NCBI GenBank assembly: GCA_902776685.1
Contig: CACYRB010000005.1
Location: 997-64,996, forward strand
DNA: 64,000 bases
Source of the DNA: an uncultured Prevotellaceae bacterium
GTDB lineage: Bacteria; Bacteroidota; Bacteroidia; Bacteroidales; Bacteroidaceae
Direction: 5' to 3'
The notes beneath the pieces are model-generated. The model had not been told where the DNA came from and made no database searches. It saw nothing but the letters and a program-made list of their open reading frames with translations. Shown here piece by piece: positions 19,528-29,848 of this stretch. Numbering within the stretch: position 1 is the first letter of the stretch; every line of letters starts with the position of its first letter. Made by a program: the position numbers and the translations under genes.

Positions 19528-21301
19528 ATTGCTTGCTCCAGCCAAGAATCTGGAATGTGGAATTGCTGCTATCGAGCATGGCGCAGATGCGGTTTATATT
19601 GGGGCGCCGCGTTTCGGTGCCCGTTCGGCAGCAGGCAACTCGGTGCAAGATATAGAACAGTTGTGCTTGTTCGCTCATCGATTTGGAGCAAAGGTTTATG
19701 CGACGGTTAATACGCTGCTGCGTGACGACGAGGTCTCCGATGCTTTTCTTTTGATGGATGATTTGAAGTTGGTCGGTGTTGATGCCTTCCTAATTCAAGA
19801 TGCCCGCTTGTTGCGCTCTGGTTTTAATATTCATGCAAGTACACAGACAGACAATCGAACACCCGAAAAGGTAGAATGGCTTGGCAAAATGGGTATCAAG
19901 CGTGTTGTATTGGCACGAGAACTATCACTAGATGAGATTCGCGACATTCACAGCAGAGTTCCCGACGTGGAACTTGAAGCTTTTGTGCACGGTGCTTTAT
20001 GCGTTAGTTATTCGGGAGCTTGCTATGCTTCGGAGTATTGTTTTAAGAGAAGTGCGAATCGCGGAGAGTGTGCCCAGTTTTGCCGTATGAAGTTCGACCT
20101 GATAGATGCTAATGGAGAGGAGTTGATTCATCAACGGCATTTGCTTTCTTTGAAGGACATGTGCAGGATAGATGCACTGGAGGAACTTGCAGAGGCTGGC
20201 ATTGTGTCGTTCAAGATTGAGGGACGACTGAAAGATGTCGATTACGTGAAGAACGTCGTGAGTGCTTATCGTCGTCGGCTTGATAAGATTATTGCAAAAT
20301 ATCCTCAGAAATATGAAAGAAGTTCGATAGGTCAGGTTGAATACAATTTTGAGCCTGATGTGAGAAAGTCTTTCAATCGTGGTTTCGTTTCTTATTTCCT
20401 TCATGGCAGAGAAACAGAAATGGCGTCTTTCTTTACACCAAAGTCGAAAGGCGAGTTTGTTGGAAGGGTGAAGGAAGTTAACTATCCTTATTCTATTACG
20501 GTATCGGGTACTGCTACGTTTGCCAATGGCGATGGCCTGTGTTTTTTCAATTCATCGAATGAATTGCTCGGCTTTCGGGTGAATAGGGTTGAGGGAAACC
20601 GCCTGTTTCCACATAAAATGCCTAAAGAACTGACCAGTAAGACAGAACTTTTCCGTAACGAAGACACGGCTTTTACGCGATTGTTAAAAGGCAAAACTGC
20701 CGTCAGGAGTATTCCCATAAAAATCATTATGGGACTAACAGCAACCGGTTTTCGCCTCAAAGCTCAATCTATGGAATTTCGTCAGCCGGTTTCTTTCGAC
20801 TTTGAAGCAGCGCACGAGAAAGCAGAAAAAGTACAACACGATAATCTTGTTGAACTGCTTACAAAGCTTGGAGGAACATGCTTGTCATGCAAAGAAGTGC
20901 TATTTGAAGATGATGCAGATAAATACTTTGTTCCCAGAAAGTTATTGTCTTCTGCAAGAAGAGAGTTGGTGTGCAGGGTAGAAGATGCTATAGGGGAAAT
21001 GTTAAAGGCGAGACCATCTGAATTTGGTTCGGGAATCGATAAAGATTTTGAACCAGATTTCACAACTAAAAATAAACCAAAGGTGGAAATGGAGAAGCCT
21101 AAAACCTTCCTTGACTCACGTCCGGACGATTTGTTGATGCAGTGTCGCTATTGTCTTCGCTACGAACTGGGCTATTGTCCGAAGCATGGCGGTCATAAAA
21201 TTAGATGGTGCGAGCCGTTGAGCCTCCGACTGGCTGACGGTAGGCGCTTTCAGTTGCAGTTTGATTGTAAACAATGTCAGATGAATTTGTATGCGAAATA
21301 A
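19514..21301 (+). CDS. Peptidase U32-family protein (RlhA-like, with DUF3656 tail)
   Basis: ELLAPA, HASTQ, HGALCVSYSG.C, NRGECAQFCR and FKIEGR motifs. Confidence 0.9.
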   Translation: MRKLELLAPAKNLECGIAAIEHGADAVYIGAPRFGARSAAGNSVQDIEQLCLFAHRFGAKVYATVNTLLRDDEVSDAFLLMDDLKLVGVDAFLIQDARLLRSGFNIHASTQTDNRTPEKVEWLGKMGIKRVVLARELSLDEIRDIHSRVPDVELEAFVHGALCVSYSGACYASEYCFKRSANRGECAQFCRMKFDLIDANGEELIHQRHLLSLKDMCRIDALEELAEAGIVSFKIEGRLKDVDYVKNVVSAYRRRLDKIIAKYPQKYERSSIGQVEYNFEPDVRKSFNRGFVSYFLHGRETEMASFFTPKSKGEFVGRVKEVNYPYSITVSGTATFANGDGLCFFNSSNELLGFRVNRVEGNRLFPHKMPKELTSKTELFRNEDTAFTRLLKGKTAVRSIPIKIIMGLTATGFRLKAQSMEFRQPVSFDFEAAHEKAEKVQHDNLVELLTKLGGTCLSCKEVLFEDDADKYFVPRKLLSSARRELVCRVEDAIGEMLKARPSEFGSGIDKDFEPDFTTKNKPKVEMEKPKTFLDSRPDDLLMQCRYCLRYELGYCPKHGGHKIRWCEPLSLRLADGRRFQLQFDCKQCQMNLYAK

Positions 21302-22280
21302 ATTATCTTTCTTTCTTTTGTGCTTATGCGTTGTGCTTGTAGGTTGCTACAACCGGCACGAACCGAAGTCGGAAGCGCTTGTGCAGTATAGCGAGCGCCA
21401 GCTCGACTCGCTTTCTTTTCAAAGTCAGCATCATTACACCAACAATTATAATTTTGTTGTATGGAGCGACACAATGCAGCTTCTTCGTCAGTTGCCGGAA
21501 GAGATGCTCAACAATATGCCTACCGACTCGTTTCCCGTCAAACGTCATTCGCGGCTTGTCGTTTCTCAAATTCGTATTATTTCTACCGATCCTGTCGATT
21601 CTGTGTGGGTAGAGTTGGCTACGGAAGATTGCGAATTTGGCTGGACGCATGAGGCTTCGTTGCTTGCCAATGTTGTTCCCGATGACCCGATTTCGCAGTT
21701 TATCTCGATTTTTTCAAATAGCCATTTGCTGATTTTCCTTGTGATTATTTCATTTATAGCTTTTTGCTATTGGCTGATGAAGATGATGAAGCTAAAAACT
21801 TCCATCGTCCATTTTCGTGATATCGACTCGTTTTTCCCAACCTTGTTGATGATTCTGGTGGCGTTTTCGGCTACACTTTATGCCAGTATTCAGATGTTCG
21901 CCCCGGAAATGTGGAGACATTTCTACTATCATCCGACACTAAATCCATTTTCAGTCCCGTTGTTGCTTGGTGTTTTCATAGCATCGGTTTGGGTTATGCT
22001 TATCGTCGCCATAGCGGCAGTCGAAGATGTTTATCGCCTACTGCATTTCAGGGAAGCCTTGATGTATCTTGGTGGTCTTGTGGCAGTGGCGGGGTTGAAC
22101 TATATTGTCTTCAGCCTTACAACACTCTTTTACGTGGGTTATGTCTTGTTGTTGTTATATGTAGTCTGGGCTTTATGGCGCTATTTCCAGCATCCGCATA
22201 GCAAGTTTGTCTGCGGTAATTGTGGCGCAACCATGATTTCGAAGGGACATTGCCCACAGTGTGGCGCCTTAAACAAGTAA
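21291..22280 (+). CDS. Membrane protein with lipoprotein-like N-terminus and C-terminal zinc ribbon
   Basis: LVGC lipobox, about 5 TM segments, CGNC...CPQC. Confidence 0.7.
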   Translation: MRNKLSFFLLCLCVVLVGCYNRHEPKSEALVQYSERQLDSLSFQSQHHYTNNYNFVVWSDTMQLLRQLPEEMLNNMPTDSFPVKRHSRLVVSQIRIISTDPVDSVWVELATEDCEFGWTHEASLLANVVPDDPISQFISIFSNSHLLIFLVIISFIAFCYWLMKMMKLKTSIVHFRDIDSFFPTLLMILVAFSATLYASIQMFAPEMWRHFYYHPTLNPFSVPLLLGVFIASVWVMLIVAIAAVEDVYRLLHFREALMYLGGLVAVAGLNYIVFSLTTLFYVGYVLLLLYVVWALWRYFQHPHSKFVCGNCGATMISKGHCPQCGALNK

Positions 22281-22388
22281 CCCCTTGTCTCGTTTTATTA
22301 GCGTATCATTATATCATTATAAATGAGGATTGTGGGGATATAATAACTTTTCTACTTTTGCATCCGGTTAAAAGAAAAGAAATAAGAA

Positions 22389-24764
22389 ATGAAATTAAAT
22401 GTTTTTTTGTTGTTGTGCATAGCACTTTGCTCCCCAATGTTTATTCAGGCAGAGACTATAGAGGGGTCAAATGTCAGTGTCGTGGCTGACACCTCTCGGG
22501 TTTACGACCTCGATGAGGTGGTGGTCGTCTCTCAACCGAAGGAGGTTTTCAGGTTACGCCAACAGGCCATCAGCTCGTCAATGTTTTCGGCTGCAGACAT
22601 GACAAGTTTGAATGTTCGCGATCTTCGTGATTTATCCAACTATGTCCCGTCGTTCGTCATGCCGAATTATGGCTCGCGATATACCTCTTCTATATATGTG
22701 CGAGGAATTGGTTCGCGTGTCAATAATCCGGCAGTTGGCGTCTATGTTGACGATATACCGCTAATGACGAAAAGCGTTTTCAATTTCCACAGTTACGGTC
22801 TCGATCGCGTAGATATTCTTCGAGGCCCACAGGGAACGCTTTACGGACAAAACACTGAAGGCGGAATGGTTCGAATGTATTCGCGCAATCCAATGAACTA
22901 TCAGGGAACCGACCTCAGCCTGTCGGTAGGCACTCACTTCTATAGAAATACGGAATTGGCCCATTACCAGAAACTAAACGACAAGCTGGCCTTCTCCTTG
23001 GCAGGTTTTTATGGCGGTCAAAATGGTTTCTTCCGCAATGCAACGACGGGCAAGCGTGCCGATGATTTCAATGAGGCAGGCGGGAAGTTCCGTCTGGTTT
23101 TCCAGCCGTCAGAAAGATGGAGTGTAAGTTATGTCGCCGACTATCAGTACGTGCGCCAGAACGCATTTCCTTATGGCTTGCTCAATCTTGAAACCGGTCG
23201 GACACCAGCTCCCGAGAGCAACCGTCAAGGCAACTATAGACGCAACATGTTCAACACTGGCCTGAACGTGACATACCACGCTAAGCACTTTGACGTTAAC
23301 TCTTCAACTTCCTATCAGTATCTTCGCGACTATATGCTGATGGATATTGATTATACTGCTGTCGACTTTATGCACATGATACAGCGACAGAAGCAGAACT
23401 CGTTTACACAGGAGTTTTCTTTGAAGAACCGCTCTAATGGTATTTGGCATTGGACAACTGGCGCTTTCTTCTCTAATACGGCATTGACGACCGATGCTCC
23501 TGTGTTTTTCAACTCGGCGATGAATGCTTTTTTGTCGAAAACGATTACCGACTATGCCTATTACGGTATGCTTAATTCGATGGCTGCGCGTATGGGCGAG
23601 GCTGCTGCGGCAGCTTTGATTGCTCGGGCGGGCGGCTGCCGTATCGACATGGCTATCGAGCCTATCCCCGGTTATTTCCGTACGCCGCAGCGCAATTTCG
23701 GTTTGTTCCATGAGTCGAACATCGACATCACACCTCGTCTGACAGCCACGTTGGGCTTGCGCTACGACTATAGCCACGTAGCTATTGACTACGCCACCAG
23801 TGCCCGAACCACGCTTGACGAGTCGGTAATGGGAACGAATGTGAAGGCGGCCGTTACCTCATCGCTGAACCATCACGAAAGCGATAACTTCAATCAGCTT
23901 CTGCCCAAGTTCTCGCTGACATGGAAGTTTGACAATCAAGGCAGCAATTTGTATGCCACCGTTAGCAAGGGCTATCGTGCAGGCGGCTATAATATTCAGA
24001 TGTTCAGCGATATTCTTCAGACCGAGCTTCAGTCAAATGCTCAGAAGGCACGCGGCGAGATGGATATTCCTCACGACGAGGAGGCTTATGGTGCTATTCG
24101 TGACGTAATTTCGTATAAGCCCGAAACTTCGTGGAACTATGAGCTTGGTGCTCATCTCAATCTTTTTGGACAGTCCACACAGTTCGATATCTCAACCTTC
24201 TATATGCAGGTGCGCAACCAGCAACTGTCGGTGATGACCTCCAATTTTGGCTATGGCCGTATGATGGTGAACGCAGGAAAGAGCTTCAGTTGTGGTCTTG
24301 AGGCAGCTCTTCGTGGCCGTGCTTTTTCCGACCGCTTGTCTTGGGCGGCAAGCTATTCGTTTACTCATGCGCAGTTTAAGCAGTATAAGACTGCCGACGA
24401 AACCGATTATGCCGACAATCATGTGCCCTATGTGCCCCAGCATGTATTCTCGGCGATGGCTGACTATCGTTTCGACCTGTCTAACCGTGGTTTGCGCAGC
24501 ATCACCATCGGAGCCAACGTATGTGGACAGGGTAAGACTTGGTGGGACGAGGCCAACAGCTATTCGCAGCGTTTTTACATGTTGCTGGGCGGACATGCCG
24601 ATGCCGACTTCGGTTGTGTTCAGGTCAGTGCTTGGGTGCGCAATTTGACCGACACGCGCTACAACACGTTTGCCGTGCAAAACGGTGCTACGGGCGAAAC
24701 ACTGACGTTTGCTCAGCGTGGCAATCCCATACAAGCGGGATTTGACGTTCGATTACACTTCTGA
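22389..24764 (+). CDS. TonB-dependent outer-membrane receptor
   Basis: Signal peptide; LDEVVV; plug motif ILRGPQGTLYG; C-terminal Phe. Confidence 0.92.
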   Translation: MKLNVFLLLCIALCSPMFIQAETIEGSNVSVVADTSRVYDLDEVVVVSQPKEVFRLRQQAISSSMFSAADMTSLNVRDLRDLSNYVPSFVMPNYGSRYTSSIYVRGIGSRVNNPAVGVYVDDIPLMTKSVFNFHSYGLDRVDILRGPQGTLYGQNTEGGMVRMYSRNPMNYQGTDLSLSVGTHFYRNTELAHYQKLNDKLAFSLAGFYGGQNGFFRNATTGKRADDFNEAGGKFRLVFQPSERWSVSYVADYQYVRQNAFPYGLLNLETGRTPAPESNRQGNYRRNMFNTGLNVTYHAKHFDVNSSTSYQYLRDYMLMDIDYTAVDFMHMIQRQKQNSFTQEFSLKNRSNGIWHWTTGAFFSNTALTTDAPVFFNSAMNAFLSKTITDYAYYGMLNSMAARMGEAAAAALIARAGGCRIDMAIEPIPGYFRTPQRNFGLFHESNIDITPRLTATLGLRYDYSHVAIDYATSARTTLDESVMGTNVKAAVTSSLNHHESDNFNQLLPKFSLTWKFDNQGSNLYATVSKGYRAGGYNIQMFSDILQTELQSNAQKARGEMDIPHDEEAYGAIRDVISYKPETSWNYELGAHLNLFGQSTQFDISTFYMQVRNQQLSVMTSNFGYGRMMVNAGKSFSCGLEAALRGRAFSDRLSWAASYSFTHAQFKQYKTADETDYADNHVPYVPQHVFSAMADYRFDLSNRGLRSITIGANVCGQGKTWWDEANSYSQRFYMLLGGHADADFGCVQVSAWVRNLTDTRYNTFAVQNGATGETLTFAQRGNPIQAGFDVRLHF

Positions 24765-24784
24765 TTTAGAGGAAGAAAGAAAAG

Positions 24785-24830
24785 AGGAGAGAGGATTGTA
24801 TTAGCCATCGGCAATACAATCCTCTCTCCT
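24785..24830. terminator. Long hairpin / bidirectional terminator
   Basis: AGGAGAGAGGATTGTATT..AATACAATCCTCTCTCCT between the convergent TonB receptor and rhaD. Confidence 0.8.
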
Positions 24831-24862
24831 TTTCGTTGTATTCTCCCAATTTGTGGCAGTTT

Positions 24863-25687
24863 TTAGTTTTCTCTCTTTGTCGGAAGATGGAAGGCTTGTT
24901 GGATGTCTTTCATTGCTTGGTCTGTCATGCCGTCGGGCTCTGAGCCCATGGAGCGGGCACACATATAGATGTTGGCCGCCTTGCACAGCACGTCGGTCTG
25001 GTCGAATGCATCCATAATGTCGCGCCCGAGAGCCACGGTTCCGTGTTTCTCCCATAAGACGACATCATGGGTTTTTATCTTCTCGAGCGTAGCATCGGCC
25101 ATTTCTATCGAGCCGGGCATCTGATAGGGCACGATGCCGATGCCCAGAGGTGCAAAGGCGAGCGTCTCAGGAATCATAGACCACAGCACGCGCGTCATCT
25201 CTCCTTCTTTGAGGAATCGGCTGATGTGGCTCATGGCCACGAGCTCGATAGGGTGGGTGTGCAGCGTTGCTGTGTAGCTGCTTCCGGTTTCCACCAGATA
25301 GTTATGCATGGCGAGGTGCGATGGCAGCTCGCTCGTGGGCATGACGGGGCAGTCGGCGATGATTTCGTAGTTCGCACCATCTTGACAGATGCGTATGATG
25401 CTGCCGTTTTGCATGGGTTGTCGCGCCAGGTCGCGCATGCGTTTGCCTGTACCCTTGGCATAGAAGAGTTTACCTTTCAGGGCGGGCAACGTTTTTCCTA
25501 TCGGTTTTGCGGGCGCGATGGCAGGCATATTGTTCAGTTCATTGTCGGCGAACTGGCTGATGTTCACGGTGATGTTTCCGCCGTTGCGTTCAGCCCATCC
25601 TTTTTCCCAGAGGTAGCCAGCCACTTCGGCCACTTGGTCGATGACGGCTTTCAGCTCAGGGCGACCTTCTAAGATGCTTTTTTTCAT
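24863..25687 (-). CDS. rhaD: Rhamnulose-1-phosphate aldolase
   Basis: GWAERNGGN, PTSELPSH, HTHP and WEKHG class II aldolase motifs. Confidence 0.94.
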   Translation of the reverse strand: MKKSILEGRPELKAVIDQVAEVAGYLWEKGWAERNGGNITVNISQFADNELNNMPAIAPAKPIGKTLPALKGKLFYAKGTGKRMRDLARQPMQNGSIIRICQDGANYEIIADCPVMPTSELPSHLAMHNYLVETGSSYTATLHTHPIELVAMSHISRFLKEGEMTRVLWSMIPETLAFAPLGIGIVPYQMPGSIEMADATLEKIKTHDVVLWEKHGTVALGRDIMDAFDQTDVLCKAANIYMCARSMGSEPDGMTDQAMKDIQQAFHLPTKREN

Positions 25688-25702
25688 AATTATAATAATG
25701 TT

Positions 25703-26734
25703 TTATTGTAGTAGTTTCGGGACGAAGGCACTTGCGATGAGTATGATGATGCCTGCGACGAGTGTGATGATGGTTTTCCGGTCGCAACCTTTCCATTCTT
25801 TGAGTATTATACCCCAAACATTGCTGAAGACGACGTTGAGTGCCATTAAGATGCAGAAGGCGAGGGTGTCCATGGTTCCGCCTGTTTCGAAGAAGCCCCG
25901 TCCCATGGACAGACCGAAGAACTGACTGTACCAGAGTGCACCGGCAATGGCGCAAAAGGCGATGTTGTTGGCCCACAGCGATTTTTTCCGATAGTCGCCC
26001 CAGGAGTTGTTCCTGTTGTTTTGGAAAAGGCAATAGGCGGCGTTGGTGATGAATCCGCCGATGGTCACCAGCAGCGTGGCAGGCAGTGCGTTGAAGATGG
26101 CGGGAGAATCGGCAAAGTGGATGTCTTTTCCAAATTCCAGTCCTACGTTGAAGCAGCCGCTCATGAAACCGGCCAGCAGCGCGATGGCAATGCCTTTTGG
26201 GAAGTTGAAGTCCTTGACCGCAGCCTTTTTCTCCTCTTCGGAGAGCGTTGCCGTACGCATGGACCCAGCCCGACCGATGACGGCAATGCCGACAAGCGTG
26301 ACAGCCACGCCCACGATAACAGCCGTGGTGAGTTTTTCCAATGCGTGTTGCTCGGGGAAGGCGAGGTTGATGAGCAGCGGTCCCATGATCGTACCGAGAG
26401 CGGCACACGTTCCCAGCGCTATGCTTTGTCCGAGTGCCACGCCGAGGTAGCGCATCGAGAGTCCGAAGGTCAGTCCGCCGATGCCCCACAGGATTCCGAA
26501 GAAGACGGTCATGGCAATGTTGAACGACTGTTCCTGTGTGAACAGCTCGGTCAGCGTGTGGCCTTCGGGAACAGCCAGCAGGGCTCCGGCAACAGGAAAC
26601 ACTATCCATGCAAAGATGCCCTGTACCAGCCAGAAGCTTTCCCAGCTCCAATTCTTGATTTTGGTAATGGGAACATAGCTGCTCGACTGGCAAAAGGCTC
26701 CGATAGCAATAATGAGTAATCCAATGACGGTCAT
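25703..26734 (-). CDS. rhaT: L-rhamnose/proton symporter
   Basis: WSWESFW and LWGIGGLTFGLSMRYLG motifs; about 10 TM; LKEWKG. Confidence 0.94.
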   Translation of the reverse strand: MTVIGLLIIAIGAFCQSSSYVPITKIKNWSWESFWLVQGIFAWIVFPVAGALLAVPEGHTLTELFTQEQSFNIAMTVFFGILWGIGGLTFGLSMRYLGVALGQSIALGTCAALGTIMGPLLINLAFPEQHALEKLTTAVIVGVAVTLVGIAVIGRAGSMRTATLSEEEKKAAVKDFNFPKGIAIALLAGFMSGCFNVGLEFGKDIHFADSPAIFNALPATLLVTIGGFITNAAYCLFQNNRNNSWGDYRKKSLWANNIAFCAIAGALWYSQFFGLSMGRGFFETGGTMDTLAFCILMALNVVFSNVWGIILKEWKGCDRKTIITLVAGIIILIASAFVPKLLQ

Positions 26735-26743
26735 AGTGTTATC

Positions 26744-27979
26744 TTATTTTCGTTTGCTCGTCACTTCAGATTCGTAGTGTTCAATCTCGTCGATGAAAGC
26801 CTTTCCTACGGGTACGTCGTTGCGCAGGCAGAACTCGTCGTAAACAGCACTCCAGGGCATGGCCTTGCACTCTTCGAGCATGGCCAGCAGTTGGAATCCT
26901 TCTTTTCGGTCTTCATATTGCCTGAGCAACTGCGTGGGTTCGAGCAAGGCGCGTGTCATGCAACGTTGTGCGGCGCGCGAGCCGATGACGTAGGCACCGA
27001 TGCGGTTGATGCTGCCGTCGAAGAAGTCGAGTCCGTAGTGTACACGTTGCAGGGCGTCTGCTCTGACGATTTCGTTGAACAGTTCCTGCGTCGGGTCGTC
27101 CATGATGGTGACGTGGTCGGAGTCCCATCTGACGGGTCGGCTGACGTGCAAGAGCAGCTCGGGCACGAAGGGCAGCACGGCCGACACCTTGTCGGCAGGG
27201 CTTTCGGTGGGGTGGTAGTGTCCGGTGTCAATGGTCAGCAGCTTGTTGTTCTTTGCGGCGTAGGCAGTGTAGAAGTCGTGGCTGCCTACGGTGAAGCTTT
27301 CCAGTCCGATGCCAAAGACCTTTCCTTCGATACTGTCTTTCATCATGGGCAGCTGTTCTTCGAATATCTCGTCGAGCGATTGCTTGAGCAGCATTCGGTA
27401 GTCGCTGTGTCTGACGCTCATGTCCTTGCATCCGTCGTGAATCCACAGGTTCATGATGCAGGGGTCGCCTTGCGCTTCGCCCATGGCGTTGGCGATGCGC
27501 CTGCAGCGTCGGGTATGCTCAATCCAGAAGTTTCTGATGCTGCTGTCGGGATTTGCAAGGGAGAGGTTTCCGCTCTTGGGGTGCGAGAACGAGGTGCTGT
27601 TGAAGTCGAGCGGCGTATTGTTTTCACGACTCCATTCTATCCACGAGGCGAAGAACGACTCATCCACCTCGTCGCGGTCGACCACTTTTCCGCCGAAGTC
27701 GGCATATATCTCGTGCAGGCTCAGTCGGTGCTGTCCCGGGATGAGACTTTTGGCCTTTTCGATGTCGGCTCTCAGCTCGTCGATGTTTCTGGCCTTTCCA
27801 GGGTAGTTGCCTGTACTCTGGATTCCTCCGGTGAGTTCTCCGTCCTGTGTCTCAAAGCCTGCCACGTCGTCGGCCTGCCAGCAGTGCATGCTCAGGTGGA
27901 AGTTTTGCAGCTGTTCGATAACTTTCTCTGTGTCTATGCCCAGTTCGGCATAGCGTTGTTGTGCTTCTTTGTAGTTCAT
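26744..27979 (-). CDS. rhaA: L-rhamnose isomerase
   Basis: SMHCWQADDV, GNYPGKAR, DTGHYHPTE and HVSRPVRWDSDHV motifs. Confidence 0.95.
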   Translation of the reverse strand: MNYKEAQQRYAELGIDTEKVIEQLQNFHLSMHCWQADDVAGFETQDGELTGGIQSTGNYPGKARNIDELRADIEKAKSLIPGQHRLSLHEIYADFGGKVVDRDEVDESFFASWIEWSRENNTPLDFNSTSFSHPKSGNLSLANPDSSIRNFWIEHTRRCRRIANAMGEAQGDPCIMNLWIHDGCKDMSVRHSDYRMLLKQSLDEIFEEQLPMMKDSIEGKVFGIGLESFTVGSHDFYTAYAAKNNKLLTIDTGHYHPTESPADKVSAVLPFVPELLLHVSRPVRWDSDHVTIMDDPTQELFNEIVRADALQRVHYGLDFFDGSINRIGAYVIGSRAAQRCMTRALLEPTQLLRQYEDRKEGFQLLAMLEECKAMPWSAVYDEFCLRNDVPVGKAFIDEIEHYESEVTSKRK

Positions 27980-28022
27980 AATTTTATAATTTATAATTTT
28001 ATTTCATAATTCGTGAAAGGGC

Positions 28023-29453
28023 TCATCCATGATGTGGGGTGTAGATTTTCGGCTGGATGTTGTCGGCAATCATTTGTCTCATCTGTTGCAGGTTTTCTAC
28101 TATTCCTGCGGCCTTTGTCTGCATCATGATGTTTCCTATGGCGGTGCCTTCAACGGGTCCTGCCATGACGGGCATGTCGAGACAGTCGGCAGTCATTTGC
28201 ATGAGGTGTCGGTTTTGCGAGCCTCCTCCGATGACGTGCAGCCGTTCGATGGGGAAGGGCGCATAGGTGCGCAGCCGTTCTACGACCTCCTTGTAGCGCA
28301 GCGCGAGACTTTCGAAGATGCATCGTGCGGTCTGTCGATAGTCCTGGGGCACGGGCTGGTTGGTCTCTCGGCAGTAGTTGGCAATGGCACGAGTCATGCT
28401 TTCGGGATTGGCAAAGCGCGGGTCGTCGGGGTTGATGACCGATTGCAGCGCCGGAGCAGTCATGGCATCGTCGGCCAGCTGTGCGACGCTCTGCGGTGCG
28501 TCGTGCCATTCTTTTCGGCATTGTTCGAGCAGCCACAGTCCGCAAATATTCTTCAGGAATCGCGTGTTGCCGTCGGCTCCGCCCTCGTTGGTGAAGTTGT
28601 CGGCAAGGCTTCTTTCGTTGATAATGGGCTCGGGTGTCTCAATGCCGAGCAGGCTCCACGTGCCGCAGCTGAGGTAGGCGAAACGGTTGTCGGCGGCGGG
28701 CACGGCAGCGACGGCCGACGCGGTGTCGTGTCCAGCCACTGCCACGACGTTGATGGCAGGTGCACCGCTGAGCTGCTGCACTTCGTCGGTAAGCGTTCCT
28801 ATGATGTCGCCTGGTCTGACGGGACGCCCCATCATCGTCGGGCTGATACCTACGGCACGTGCCAGGTCGGGGTCGAGCTGTCGGGTGTGGGCGTTCATCA
28901 GTTGCGAGGTGCTCATGATGGTCTGCTCGCACACAGTCTCGCCGGTGAGCATATAGGCCATGGCGTCGGGGATGAAGAGCAACTTTCGTGCAGCGCCGAG
29001 GGCGTCGTCACCATTACGGCGCATGGCGTAGAGCTGGAACAGCGTGTTGATGTTCATCAGCTGGATGCCGGTCTTTTCGTATAGTGTCTCGCGTGGCATG
29101 ACGTTCTCAAAGAAAGCGTCCATGATGCCCTCGGTGTGGGGGTCGCGATAGCAGCGCGGGTTTCTCAGCAGGGCGCCGTCATTGCCCACGAGTGCGAAAT
29201 CGACCCCCCACGAGTCGATGCCGATGCTGGTGAGACGGATATTGCTGTCGGCGGCTTTGCGTAGCGCGTCGACCACGTGCCCATAAAGGGCGAAAATGTC
29301 CCAGTAGAACCGTCCTCCGGTTTTGATGATGGGATTCGCAAATCGAGTGAGTTCTTGCAGAGAGAGCCGTCCTTGTGGGTCGAGCGTTCCAACGATGGTT
29401 CGCCCGCTTGTTGCGCCCAGGTCGACAGCCATGAAGTGTTGCAGTGTTTCCAT
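28023..29453 (-). CDS. rhaB: Rhamnulokinase
   Basis: AVDLGATSGR, GIDSWGVD, GHDTASA, SCGTWSL and FTNEGG FGGY-kinase motifs; start set at METLQ (29453). Confidence 0.93.
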   Translation of the reverse strand: METLQHFMAVDLGATSGRTIVGTLDPQGRLSLQELTRFANPIIKTGGRFYWDIFALYGHVVDALRKAADSNIRLTSIGIDSWGVDFALVGNDGALLRNPRCYRDPHTEGIMDAFFENVMPRETLYEKTGIQLMNINTLFQLYAMRRNGDDALGAARKLLFIPDAMAYMLTGETVCEQTIMSTSQLMNAHTRQLDPDLARAVGISPTMMGRPVRPGDIIGTLTDEVQQLSGAPAINVVAVAGHDTASAVAAVPAADNRFAYLSCGTWSLLGIETPEPIINERSLADNFTNEGGADGNTRFLKNICGLWLLEQCRKEWHDAPQSVAQLADDAMTAPALQSVINPDDPRFANPESMTRAIANYCRETNQPVPQDYRQTARCIFESLALRYKEVVERLRTYAPFPIERLHVIGGGSQNRHLMQMTADCLDMPVMAGPVEGTAIGNIMMQTKAAGIVENLQQMRQMIADNIQPKIYTPHHG

Positions 29454-29725
29454 AAGTTTCAATTTATCGGTTTTCGTGCAAAAGTACGAATGTTTCCCGA
29501 ATAATGCAAGTTTTTTCTCAACAAGCCGACTTTTTTTTGATTTGTTAACAGAAGCCATTTTTTTTGTTTAACATTTTCATGTATGTTATGCTTGGGTGTT
29601 CTATTCTTATGGTTGAGTGCCATATTTTTGTTGTTTCTTTAGAGAGTTTGGGCACTACTTTTAAGCCTTTGCAGTGGGCAATCCACTGTTTTTTGTATTT
29701 CTTTTTGTCTTTTCTTGTCATTTTG

Positions 29726-29756
29726 TTTGGAGATTAAAATAAAAGTTGTATCTTTG
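29726..29756 (+). promoter_or_regulatory. Bacteroidota housekeeping promoter (TTTG-N19-TATCTTTG)
   Basis: Consensus -33/-7 elements pointing into a hairpin, with no convincing ORF downstream. Confidence 0.65.
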
Positions 29757-29765
29757 CAAACAAAT

Positions 29766-29848
29766 AAAGGCGTTTTTCAAGTTATCCCACGTCCATGCTC
29801 AGCATGAGACACACTGGGGAGGTGACGGAAATAACGCTTTTATTTTTT
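29766..29848 (+). ncRNA. Candidate ~80-nt hairpin RNA convergent with the MuF remnant
   Basis: AAAGGCGTT/AACGCTTTT closing stem, CCCA/TGGG and CATGC/GCATG inner stems, terminal T-tract, own promoter. Confidence 0.4.
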
